NCBI GenBank assembly: GCA_964486335.1
Contig: CAZAMB010000005.1
Location: 100,008-164,007 of the forward strand
Origin: an uncultured Phycisphaera sp.
GTDB taxonomy: Bacteria; Planctomycetota; Phycisphaerae; UBA1845
Length of the DNA: 64,000 nt
Direction: 5' to 3'
The translations under genes were made by a program, and so were the position numbers. The notes below the pieces were generated by a model that was not told the origin of the DNA, did no database searches, and worked only from the letters and a program-made list of their open reading frames with translations. Position 1 is the stretch's first letter; every line of letters begins with the position of its first letter. Of the stretch, positions 55,817 to 64,000 are shown one piece after another.

Positions 55817-55847
55817 AGGCGGGGCATTTTGCTCCGCCTTTTTTATT
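55817..55847 (+). terminator. rho-independent terminator after rpsU
   Basis: aGGCGGGGcattttgCTCCGCCtttttta: GC-rich stem followed by a T-run, 30 nt after the rpsU stop. Confidence 0.6.
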
Positions 55848-55929
55848 GACGCGGCCGTCATCGCCCACCACCCGCTCACCGGGTCATCCGATAGTATCCG
55901 TGGAGCGCTGCGAACGAACGCGAAGGGGC

Positions 55930-56721
55930 ATGGACATGGACAAGAACAAACCGGTGGCCTTGGTGACCGGTGGTTCACGGGGAATCGGTCGTGCGATCTG
56001 CGTCGAGGTCGCCCGCGCAGGTTTCGACGTGGTCATCAACTTCAATGAGAATCTGGGCGCGGCCGAGGAGACTCGGGTGCTCGTCGAAAAGGCGGGCGGC
56101 ACTGGAGAAACCTGTCAAGCCGATATCACATCATCATCCGATCGGGATCTGCTCGTCGAATACGCGATGGAACGCTTCGGCCGCATCGATCTGCTCGTCA
56201 ACAATGCCGGCATCGCGCCCAAGGTCCGCAAGGACATACTCGAAACAGACGAACAGACTTTCGATCATATTCTCAACGGCAATCTCCGCTCTCCCTACTT
56301 CGTCACGCAGCGCGTCGCGAGGGAAATGATTCAACTCATTCAGTCGAAGCGCATCAGTCGCGCGTCGATCGTCAACATCTCTTCGCTTCGCTCCTACACG
56401 GCGGCCCGAAATTACGGAGAATACTGCGTCAGCAAGGCCGGAGTCGGTATGATCACCAAGCTTTTCGCCGTCCGTCTGGCCGAATACGGTATCGGTGTTT
56501 ACGAAGTCTGCCCCGGTATCATCGAAACCGACATGACTTCGTCGCAAGCCACGCGCGACTATTACAACCGCGAAATCGCCAAGGGCATGGCTCCGATCAA
56601 CCGGTGGGGCAGGCCCGAGGAAGTCGCCTTGGCCGTCGGCGCCGTCGCTCGAGGGTACTTTCCGTTTAGCACCGGCATGGTGCTTCATGTCGACGGCGGG
56701 TGGCACCTTCGACACCTGTGA
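55930..56721 (+). CDS. short-chain dehydrogenase/reductase (3-oxoacyl-ACP-reductase-like SDR)
   Basis: VALVTGGSRGIGRAI, NNAG, SSLRSYTAARNYGEYCVSKAG (S..YxxxK), PGIIETDM. Confidence 0.85.
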   Translation: MDMDKNKPVALVTGGSRGIGRAICVEVARAGFDVVINFNENLGAAEETRVLVEKAGGTGETCQADITSSSDRDLLVEYAMERFGRIDLLVNNAGIAPKVRKDILETDEQTFDHILNGNLRSPYFVTQRVAREMIQLIQSKRISRASIVNISSLRSYTAARNYGEYCVSKAGVGMITKLFAVRLAEYGIGVYEVCPGIIETDMTSSQATRDYYNREIAKGMAPINRWGRPEEVALAVGAVARGYFPFSTGMVLHVDGGWHLRHL

Positions 56722-56931
56722 CCTGTGAATCCGCGCTGTGCTGGCAGGGACGGCGCTTCGGCTTCACTTATGGGTCCTACGATGCGTCGAGTAGCCGGCA
56801 CATTTACGGAAACCTAGAATGGATCAGCGGGAAGCCCATTTCGGAGGTCCGGTTGCGAACTTCCCGAGTGGTCCACGAGGGTTAGATTGGCGCGAATTCT
56901 AAGATTGATATCACCGCAGGGAGAGCGAGCG

Positions 56932-57906
56932 ATGCGACTGGGGACGATGGGTCTGATTGGTCTGTTCACGATCCTCGCGGGAAAAGCCGACGGCGGACTC
57001 ATCATCACGCTCGACGCGCGGGATTCCGCGGGGATGCCATTTGCGTCGCCCGCGACGGCGGGCACAACCGCGCGAGTAGGCATCCTGCTTTCAACCGATG
57101 GTGCGGATGATCCGCTTCCCGACCTGCGCGGCCTCCAGTTCGATTTCTCGGGCACAAGTTCGAGCATTTTGGTGAATTCGTTCGCATGGTCGGTCAATGA
57201 GGATGTCTATGCATTTCGCACGACGGCGCCGCCGAATGTTTCGGCGATTACGCTGCTCTTGGCGAGTTCATCAACGCTGCTGACGTTGACGGGAACCCCG
57301 GTGCAGGTCGCGTCGGTGGACATCACGGTGAATGGAACCGGCACACTTGATGTGCGTAACACGGCCGCGCCTGACACCAACACTTCGGCCTGGTTTCGCG
57401 CCGGATTCGCGACGTCGATGGAATTCTCACTGATTCACGGAAACCTCACGGGCGGCACGCTGGACATCGCGGTTCCCGGGACGGTTGATCCCGGTCCCGT
57501 TGGTGGTGGCGGAGGCGGCGGTTCGGGAGGCGGTGATCCGGCGACAACCGATTCCGACTCCGACGGCGTGGTCGACGCCGACGATGCGTTTCCCGACGAT
57601 CCAACCGAAACGATGGACACCGACAACAACGGCGTCGGCAACAATAACGATCCCGACGACGACGGCGACGGTGTGGACGACGCAGACGATGCGTTTCCGA
57701 TCGATCCTGCGGAAACGACCGACACCGACGGCGACGGCATCGGCGACAACGCCGATCCGGATACAGGCGGAGGCATCATCAACAATCCGCCCCCCAACTC
57801 GGCGCCGCGCATGTGCGGTTTCGGCATGGTCGGCCCGACCTTGCTTTTATTTGTCAGTCTCGCCGCGGTCCGATCGCAACGGTACCGGCCGAACAGACAC
57901 GGCTGA
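56932..57906 (+). CDS. secreted protein with thrombospondin-type-3-like Ca-binding Asp-rich repeats and PEP-CTERM-like C-terminal anchor
   Basis: Signal peptide MRLGTMGLIGLFTILAG. Repeats DTDNNGVGNNNDPDDDGDGVDDADDAFP / DTDGDGIGDNADPD. C-terminus PRMCGFGMVGPTLLLFVSLAAVRSQRYRP. Confidence 0.65.
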   Translation: MRLGTMGLIGLFTILAGKADGGLIITLDARDSAGMPFASPATAGTTARVGILLSTDGADDPLPDLRGLQFDFSGTSSSILVNSFAWSVNEDVYAFRTTAPPNVSAITLLLASSSTLLTLTGTPVQVASVDITVNGTGTLDVRNTAAPDTNTSAWFRAGFATSMEFSLIHGNLTGGTLDIAVPGTVDPGPVGGGGGGGSGGGDPATTDSDSDGVVDADDAFPDDPTETMDTDNNGVGNNNDPDDDGDGVDDADDAFPIDPAETTDTDGDGIGDNADPDTGGGIINNPPPNSAPRMCGFGMVGPTLLLFVSLAAVRSQRYRPNRHG

Positions 57907-57936
57907 TCTTTTTCAATCGTAATGAACAAACCGGCG

Positions 57937-60288
57937 CTATAGTCCGCCCTGCCGCACGCGGAAATGTGCCACAGATGACCAGGTGTTGGGCGATCCGCCG
58001 GCCAAAAAGCACCACGGACCAACCGCGGAACTGCTTCCGAACGCCGGTGCGCCAATGGCGAGACAATCGTTAGGGGCCGAAAACGGAACTTGAAACCGGA
58101 TTGAATGTCCGCCCGACTCCACGACCACCCCGGCGCCGTTGCCGCGTGCCTGCGGTCTCGGCGGATCATAGGAATAAAGAAACGGCAGGCCCGCCCCACC
58201 ATCGGACGGTGAACCGTCGACTTCAAGCGTTCCGGCGGCGACATAATCACAATAAACCGTCGCGGAACCGCAACCGACGTTTACCGTCACCGTGACGAAG
58301 TCTCCGGCCGTTACTTCCGCCGGAGAGACGCTTATGCTCCCGCAGCCCGACTGGTAGGGAGCTACATCGAGTTCGTCGCATACGGGGTCAAGCTGGGCGA
58401 TCACCTCCACCGGTTCTTCCAGTTCACCCACGAGTGTTCGACTCCCATTCGCGTCTTCCAAATAAACGCTCACCGTGATCGTGTCGCGATCGCCGGCGCG
58501 AGCATTGGGATCGGATGAATAGACGATGGTCGTCAAGTGGCTTTCGACTTCGTCGCCTTCGGTGATGCCGTCGCCGAGGTGGCCGTGATCACCCGACGTG
58601 GACCAAACGTATAGTAAGGTGCCGCTTGGCGGGGATGACAGCGTCGCCGTGAAGTTCCGCGTCTCGCCGACTTCGACGCGCGTCGATTCGGGCGTGACGT
58701 GGACCGTGCGCGGCGCGGCCACGATTTCCCAACTGTCAGCCCAGCTCGACGACTGATTGTCCTTAACCACCGCGCCCAGATCGAGCGCCGCCATAGCCAA
58801 TTGAATGGCTCTCAGGAAAGTCGCACTCCTTGCGACGGCGGCAGCATTGGATTGCAGCGTTGCCAATGTGGATTGCGTGCTCAACGCCGACGGCCAGAAC
58901 TTTTGCAGCTGAATGACGATGTTGGAGGTAAAGATCTCATCGTCGGCCATGTTCCTGATGGCGACCGTGACAAAGTCAGCCGCCTGTTTGTTGGTGCGCG
59001 GTACGGCCACGCCGATTTCGAGAAGCACCGGATTGAGCGTTTCGACAAAGGCGGCCAGCGCGCCCGCCGAGGCCGATTCCATCGCGCTCAGCGGACCGCC
59101 AATGGCAACGGTCTCAAGAATCGGAACAAAGAAATCGAGCAGCACGAGCTTCCATTGCAGCGAATCGGCCTCCGCGCTCCACGCCGGCACAAAATTGGCG
59201 AACTGAGGATCCGTTGTAATGCCCGGCGTGCCGACAAAGTCGAACGAAGAACCGATCACGATCGCCTTGTAATAGGTCTTCGCATTTCCGGTTTCGTGCG
59301 TGAGTTCGATTGGCGGCAGCGTAATCGGCGCCCAGGAAGCTGAGCCGCTGAGCACTGCGCTGATGGAACTGATCAGGCTCAGCCGATAGGTCGTCGGGAC
59401 CTCCATTTCGTCCACCCGCTCGGGAGGCGTGATGTCGCGACGTGTGCCCGCGTCGTTTTCGGTGGCCGTTCGATAGACATACAGCTTGCCGCGGCGGCGA
59501 AAGTTATTGATCGCCACGATGCCTTCGCCGTCGGGGTTGTGCGCGATCTGAACGCCGCTTTGTCGAGTGCTTCCGTCGGGCGTGATCAGCAAGAGTGGGC
59601 TTACACCCGTCGATTGCATGTGCGGTCCGAGTTTGAGTTGGGCTGAGTCGTCCGCCACGGTCGTGCTGTCGCGCGGCGGTTCGGGGAACTTCGTTGCTTC
59701 ATGCGCTGCGTCGAGAGCTGCCAGCACCGTCTCGTCGCCATCTTGAAGAGCCCCCGCGTCGGCGCCCAGCGCCGCCTCGATGGCGTCCGTCAGGTCCGCC
59801 ACTGCCTGTGTCTGATCAAGCAGGTCGAGCACGTTCGATAGCGAATCGGGAAAGATCGTCCAGCCCCCATTGGCGAAGTAAAGCAGCGCCAGCGCCGTTG
59901 TTCTTGAGTTAATGACGTTGGGCACCGCGTGATCGGGATTGGCAAACCCCATCAGGATCAACCGTCCGGTTCCATCCACGACCTGCACGAACGAGGGCGT
60001 ACGTAACCGGACACTCAGCGAAAATGCCCCATCCGCCGACGGCGTCGCCGTCGAATCCGATGACCGTACGCGCAGCGTCGTCGGATCGATGGTCATGCCA
60101 ACCGGCAGCGAGACCGTGCCAACCAGCATCTTCGGCTCGTCCAAGACGATCGAGGGAGGCCGCTCGATGGTCGGCTCGTCGCCACCGCCGTTGCCATTGC
60201 CGCCTCCGCCGCCCGGCGCTGCCGGGCAACCGGGAATCAACGCCAACATCATCAGCACCAACCACCCGCAGCGGCAAGACGCATTCAT
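57937..60288 (-). CDS. large hypothetical lipoprotein (783 aa)
   Basis: Lipoprotein signal MNASCRCGWLVLMMLALIPGC followed by a Gly-rich linker. No family recognised. Confidence 0.6.
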   Translation of the reverse strand: MNASCRCGWLVLMMLALIPGCPAAPGGGGGNGNGGGDEPTIERPPSIVLDEPKMLVGTVSLPVGMTIDPTTLRVRSSDSTATPSADGAFSLSVRLRTPSFVQVVDGTGRLILMGFANPDHAVPNVINSRTTALALLYFANGGWTIFPDSLSNVLDLLDQTQAVADLTDAIEAALGADAGALQDGDETVLAALDAAHEATKFPEPPRDSTTVADDSAQLKLGPHMQSTGVSPLLLITPDGSTRQSGVQIAHNPDGEGIVAINNFRRRGKLYVYRTATENDAGTRRDITPPERVDEMEVPTTYRLSLISSISAVLSGSASWAPITLPPIELTHETGNAKTYYKAIVIGSSFDFVGTPGITTDPQFANFVPAWSAEADSLQWKLVLLDFFVPILETVAIGGPLSAMESASAGALAAFVETLNPVLLEIGVAVPRTNKQAADFVTVAIRNMADDEIFTSNIVIQLQKFWPSALSTQSTLATLQSNAAAVARSATFLRAIQLAMAALDLGAVVKDNQSSSWADSWEIVAAPRTVHVTPESTRVEVGETRNFTATLSSPPSGTLLYVWSTSGDHGHLGDGITEGDEVESHLTTIVYSSDPNARAGDRDTITVSVYLEDANGSRTLVGELEEPVEVIAQLDPVCDELDVAPYQSGCGSISVSPAEVTAGDFVTVTVNVGCGSATVYCDYVAAGTLEVDGSPSDGGAGLPFLYSYDPPRPQARGNGAGVVVESGGHSIRFQVPFSAPNDCLAIGAPAFGSSSAVGPWCFLAGGSPNTWSSVAHFRVRQGGL

Positions 60289-60519
60289 GCTCGGTCCTCA
60301 TCCTCGTTCTGTTCAAATGTCAGTAACAATACGCTTACACAGAAACTGGTTCCTTTGGTTCCCGCAGAAGTGGCAATTTCTTACTCGGAATGCCCCGATT
60401 TCGCAACGAACAGGAAAAAGCGTCGGCGCATCGTGCCATCCCCAACTCGGATGCCTTGGTCCGCAGCCAAAGTTCATTGGTTTTTTCACGATTCTGCCGC
60501 TTTGCGTTACCATGAAGGC

Positions 60520-61257
60520 ATGGACCGAACACGACAAATGCCGCCGGCCAACCACGACGACACCTGGCGGCTCTTTCGCATTATGGCCGAATTCGTTGAT
60601 GGGTTTGACACGATGGCCCGCGTTCCGCCCGCCGTTTCGGTGTTCGGTTCAGCCCGGACGCCCGCCGACGATCCTTATTATGCCCAGGCTGAGCAGCTGG
60701 GCGGAGAACTCGCGCGGAGCGGGTTTGCGGTGATGACGGGCGGCGGTCCGGGAATCATGGAAGCTGCCAACAAGGGTGCACAGGAGGCCGGTGGAGTAAG
60801 CATTGGACTGAATATCTTCCTGCCGAAGGAGCAGAAGGCCAACTCCTTCCAAACGGTTTCGCTCGATTTTCGTCACTTTTTCTGCCGCAAGGTGATGTTC
60901 GTCAAGTACGCCGTGGCCTTTGTCTGCTTTCCCGGCGGGTACGGAACGCTCGACGAGTTTTTTGAATCGATGACGCTGATCCAGACGGGTAAGACACAGC
61001 GATTCCCCGTGATCCTCATCGGATCGGAGTACTGGACGCCGCTGCTGAGTTGGATGCGATCAAGCCTGGTCGATCGACATTCCTACGTCGATCGGTCGGA
61101 TCTCGATCTGTGCGTCGTGACCGACGACGTGGCCGAGGCCGCCAAGATCATTGCAAGGTCTCATCAACGTCGGCCTGCGGAATCAGCAACACCGCGTCGT
61201 CCGGAGGAAACCACCACGCCGGAAGGAACATTTCAGGGCCGACAACCCTTGCGATGA
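60520..61257 (+). CDS. LOG-family (TIGR00730) nucleotide-binding protein / cytokinin riboside 5'-monophosphate phosphoribohydrolase-like
   Basis: VSVFGSAR..MTGGGPGIMEAANKGA..FPGGYGTLDE is the LOG-family Rossmann signature. Start at the internal Met MDRTRQM. Confidence 0.85.
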   Translation: MDRTRQMPPANHDDTWRLFRIMAEFVDGFDTMARVPPAVSVFGSARTPADDPYYAQAEQLGGELARSGFAVMTGGGPGIMEAANKGAQEAGGVSIGLNIFLPKEQKANSFQTVSLDFRHFFCRKVMFVKYAVAFVCFPGGYGTLDEFFESMTLIQTGKTQRFPVILIGSEYWTPLLSWMRSSLVDRHSYVDRSDLDLCVVTDDVAEAAKIIARSHQRRPAESATPRRPEETTTPEGTFQGRQPLR

Positions 61258-61307
61258 ACAGGATACTGGTTTCCCGGCATTTCTCGTCAGATTTGGTCTT
61301 TCTATCG

Positions 61308-62228
61308 TCAATCGAAATTGCAGATCGTGCGTATGGTCGTCACGAAGTCGCGGCAGGCGGCGGCGACGCACGATTTCCAGTCGGCGGAGGAGCTACGGTA
61401 TTTCGGTTCGTTGTGTGCGAAAATGACGCTCCGCGAAGCCGCAACGACGGCACCGGTTCCGTCGGGCTTGAAGCATTTGGCGACTTCATCAGCTGTCCGG
61501 CCTTGGGCGCCGAATCCGGGCACAAGGAAGATGCAATTGGGCATGATATCTCGCAAGCGGACGGTGGAGGGCAAGTCACGCGGCGAGACGACAGCTCCGA
61601 TGCAACTGTAGCCGCTCAGGCCGACGAGTCCGTCGGCACCGGCCCACTCCTGGACCATTTGTGCCACGCTGTGACATACCATGGAGCCATCCGCGAGTGT
61701 CAGCCCTTGAACGCGGGACGCGGATTCATTGCTGGTCTGAACGAGCACGAACAGGCCGCGACCGGTCGCCTGCGCCGTCTCGACGAACGGACCGACGCCG
61801 TCCCAGCCAAAATAGGGATTCACCGTGACGGCATCAGCGACCGCGGGATCGTCCGCCGCACCTCCCAATGTCGCCTTGGCGTATTGGGCCGACGTGTGGC
61901 CGATGTCAGCGCGTTTGACGTCGCCGATGACAAGGAGCCCGGCGCAATGCGAAACGGCGATCAATTCGTGATAAGCGGTGATGCCGCCCGGTCCGTAGGG
62001 TTCAAAAAAGGCGATGTTGATTTTTATGGCAGGGACCAATGGCGCAACGGCCTCGATGACGCCTCGTCCGAACGCAGTGATTGCGTCGGTCGCGCTGTTG
62101 AGCGAGCGAAGCGATTCAGGCAGCCGCTCGACGAGCGGATCGAGTCCGACACAAACGGGAGCATGCTTGTCCCGAACAGCGTTCGCCAGCCTGTCGCCAA
62201 AACTCATCAGCATTCCATCCTTCCCCAT
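61308..62228 (-). CDS. pyrF: orotidine 5'-phosphate decarboxylase (type 2)
   Basis: VCVGLDP..IKINIAFFE..VIGDVKRADIG, type-2 PyrF motifs. Real start probably MSFGDRL (about 62207). Confidence 0.85.
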   Translation of the reverse strand: MGKDGMLMSFGDRLANAVRDKHAPVCVGLDPLVERLPESLRSLNSATDAITAFGRGVIEAVAPLVPAIKINIAFFEPYGPGGITAYHELIAVSHCAGLLVIGDVKRADIGHTSAQYAKATLGGAADDPAVADAVTVNPYFGWDGVGPFVETAQATGRGLFVLVQTSNESASRVQGLTLADGSMVCHSVAQMVQEWAGADGLVGLSGYSCIGAVVSPRDLPSTVRLRDIMPNCIFLVPGFGAQGRTADEVAKCFKPDGTGAVVAASRSVIFAHNEPKYRSSSADWKSCVAAACRDFVTTIRTICNFD

Positions 62229-62421
62229 GCCGTGGGCTCCAAGAAGCCGCCGCCATTACTTTGCACAATGCCGCCGGCATGCGACCGTCGGATCGCGCCG
62301 GGAGGTCGCGTGACTAACCCGCGAAGCGCGCGGCTCGCAGCCTCATCTGGATCATAAGCCTGACGAGTTCCGCTCACAACGATGATCGGTAACTTGACAT
62401 GACCCAAGCCGACAACGAACA

Positions 62422-63558
62422 ATGATCACCATGAGTCCCCCTCGCGGTCGGAAGAACAAGGGAGAAAAGGTACGGGTTCCGTTTCGACGGAACCGGTCGC
62501 CGCGCCAGCGGAACAATGACTGGACCGACAAGGATCGCGAGGGCGATGCGAAGGAACTTGACGCGATTCGCGGCGAACGGGTCGTCCCCAAAGGCGATAT
62601 TTCGCGGCAAAGGACGATCATCGTCGGCGGTGATGCGCGGAGCGATTTGATTCGTGGGGTCGTGGTGGCGGTCCGAGGGCTTTATGCGGACGTGGATGAC
62701 GGATCGCGCGTCGTCGGCTGCACCGTTCGACGAATTCTTCGTACGCGGATCATTCATGAGCGAAACCCGGTCACCGTGGGAGACCGCGTTGGGTTTGTCG
62801 TGGACGGTCCGGGCTCTGGACAAACTCCGGAAGGCGTCATTGAGTCGATCGAGCCGAGGCGCGGCGTGCTTCAGCGCCTTGCAGGCCGGCGTGTGCAAAC
62901 AATCGTTGTCAACGTAGATCAGGCCATCATCGTCTCGTCCGCCGGACAGCCCGATCCCAAACCGCACCTGATCGATCGATACATGGTGTCGGCCCACGCG
63001 GGCGAAATCGCGCCGGTCATTTGCATGAACAAGATCGACCTCGACGTGGACGGGTTCGCGGTCGGATTGCTCGATCGATATGAGCGATTGGGCTACCGGA
63101 CAGTTCGGACCAGCGCCGCAACCGGCGAGGGGATCGAAGCGTTGCGCGAAATGCTCCGTGATCGCATAAGCGTGATCGCCGGGCAAAGCGGCGTCGGCAA
63201 GAGTTCTCTGCTCAACGCGCTCCAGCCGGGGCTGGAACTTCGAGTCGGCGCCGTGCATGCTCAAACGGAAAAGGGGAAGCACACAACGACGACGGCCTGC
63301 ATGCACCGCCTTGCCTTTGGCGGCTACGTCGTCGATACACCGGGCATTCGATCGTTTGATTTGTCGGTCATACCGGCTGGTGAGCTGGAAGCCTACTTCG
63401 CGGAATTCGTTCCGTTGGTTCCGAAGTGCAAATTCCCCGACTGCACGCACACGCACGAGACGGAATGCGCCGTCGTGTCAGCCGTAGAGTCGGGAGAGAT
63501 TCATCCCGACCGCTACGCGACGTACCTTGGCTTGTTCCAAGAAGCTTCGCGCCGTTGA
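62422..63558 (+). CDS. rsgA: ribosome small-subunit-dependent GTPase A (RsgA/YjeQ)
   Basis: OB-fold region, circularly permuted GTPase motifs (VNKIDL, GQSGVGKSSLLNAL, DTPG), C-terminal Cys/His zinc knuckle (CKFPDCTHTHETEC). Long basic N-terminal extension. Confidence 0.85.
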   Translation: MITMSPPRGRKNKGEKVRVPFRRNRSPRQRNNDWTDKDREGDAKELDAIRGERVVPKGDISRQRTIIVGGDARSDLIRGVVVAVRGLYADVDDGSRVVGCTVRRILRTRIIHERNPVTVGDRVGFVVDGPGSGQTPEGVIESIEPRRGVLQRLAGRRVQTIVVNVDQAIIVSSAGQPDPKPHLIDRYMVSAHAGEIAPVICMNKIDLDVDGFAVGLLDRYERLGYRTVRTSAATGEGIEALREMLRDRISVIAGQSGVGKSSLLNALQPGLELRVGAVHAQTEKGKHTTTTACMHRLAFGGYVVDTPGIRSFDLSVIPAGELEAYFAEFVPLVPKCKFPDCTHTHETECAVVSAVESGEIHPDRYATYLGLFQEASRR

Positions 63559-63611
63559 GCACGACCCGACCCCTTGACGGCGTGAGCCCCTGAAGCGTAT
63601 GCCGATGGGCG

Positions 63612-63989
63612 CTAAACGGCCAAGGCCTCTTGCGGCGAATTGCCCGCCGCGGCCGCTTCAACGGACTCACCCGCTAAACCTCCCGCCATGGCTTCATCGG
63701 CGCGACCTTTCAGCCATTCCAATCGCTGGGCTAAGGATTGTAACGCTTGTTGAGCCCCGCCATCATTGGATTCCAAGCCTGTTGTCACGTCGCTGATCGC
63801 AGCGCGGATCTGCGACAATTCTCGTTCTTTCTGAACACGAAGCGACTGAATAGCCTGATCCAGCGCTTCATACAAATCCTTGAACTCATCACGACGACGG
63901 AGCGGTCGCAGAGTGGGTAGTCGCCCGTCGGCGATCTGGAGAAGGTATCGCTTCATCACGAACAGCGGGCCGCAGATTCGATGGGTCAT
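63612..63989 (-). CDS. hypothetical coiled-coil protein (may start beyond window end)
   Basis: 125 aa ORF beginning 11 nt from the right window edge; heptad-like pattern. No family. Confidence 0.35.
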   Translation of the reverse strand: MTHRICGPLFVMKRYLLQIADGRLPTLRPLRRRDEFKDLYEALDQAIQSLRVQKERELSQIRAAISDVTTGLESNDGGAQQALQSLAQRLEWLKGRADEAMAGGLAGESVEAAAAGNSPQEALAV

Positions 63990-64000
63990 CAGAATTGACC

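Noticed and set aside
57480-57790. Repetitive DNA (gacgacggcgacgg... units) that might be mistaken for a tandem repeat or CRISPR-like array
   Set aside because: Irregular spacing, and it lies inside a coding frame producing Asp-rich TSP3-like calcium-binding repeats. It is a coding repeat, not an array.

Overview
This window is a high-GC (roughly 60%) bacterial chromosomal segment, densely coding on both strands, with about 70 protein genes and four tRNA-type loci. The tRNA-type loci are tRNA-Ser(CGA), tRNA-Gly(GCC), a decayed second tRNA-Gly copy and tRNA-Arg(CCT). Most of the window is ordinary housekeeping: ffh, lpxD, an mlaFED-like ABC/MCE operon, two GT2 glycosyltransferases, ispH, a prepilin peptidase, xseB, a HIT protein, a dGTPase-like HD protein, yggS, a pabB/pabC-like pair plus Nif3, surE, a flotillin/NfeD pair, an ACR3 transporter, miaB, clpS, rpsU, LOG, pyrF and rsgA. 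The gene-level detail and evidence are in the features list; three accessory regions stand out.

1. Toxin-antitoxin cassettes at the ffh start. A PIN-domain cassette sits between two diverged copies of the ffh promoter/start-codon region, and a hicB-hicA pair lies nearby.

2. A lone Spo11/Top6A homolog. A monocistronic gene at 30144..31274 carries all three catalytic motifs of topoisomerase VI subunit A (R-x-IYY, VEKD, DxDPxGxxI), with no Top6B-like gene anywhere in the window.

3. A roughly 11 kb island-like segment, the best candidate for an undescribed system. It is bounded by tRNA-Gly on the left and by a decayed tRNA-Gly duplicate, a small HTH gene, a tyrosine integrase and tRNA-Arg on the right. 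It carries a sigma-54 activator with a pseudo-receiver domain, and convergent to it an eight-gene minus-strand operon. That operon encodes an endolysin-like LAS peptidase with a peptidoglycan-binding domain, an alpha-oxoamine-synthase-like PLP enzyme, an amidohydrolase, a Cys-rich 557 aa protein, an HExxH metalloprotein and two paralogous hypothetical proteins. Three proteins of this operon share a roughly 15-residue terminal motif, G-R-W-[IMF]-R-x-G-x-x-I-[IV]-[LA]-[LP]-[GL]. It is C-terminal in two of them and N-terminal in the endolysin-like protein, and it is conserved at protein level but not at DNA level.

Several protein architectures (a long prepilin peptidase, Kazal and thrombospondin-type-3 secreted proteins with PEP-CTERM-like tails) fit a Planctomycetota-like organism; this is inference only. 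No CRISPR array, rRNA or IS transposase was seen. Start coordinates are approximate throughout. Several ORF-track 'M' starts are in fact TTG or GTG codons.
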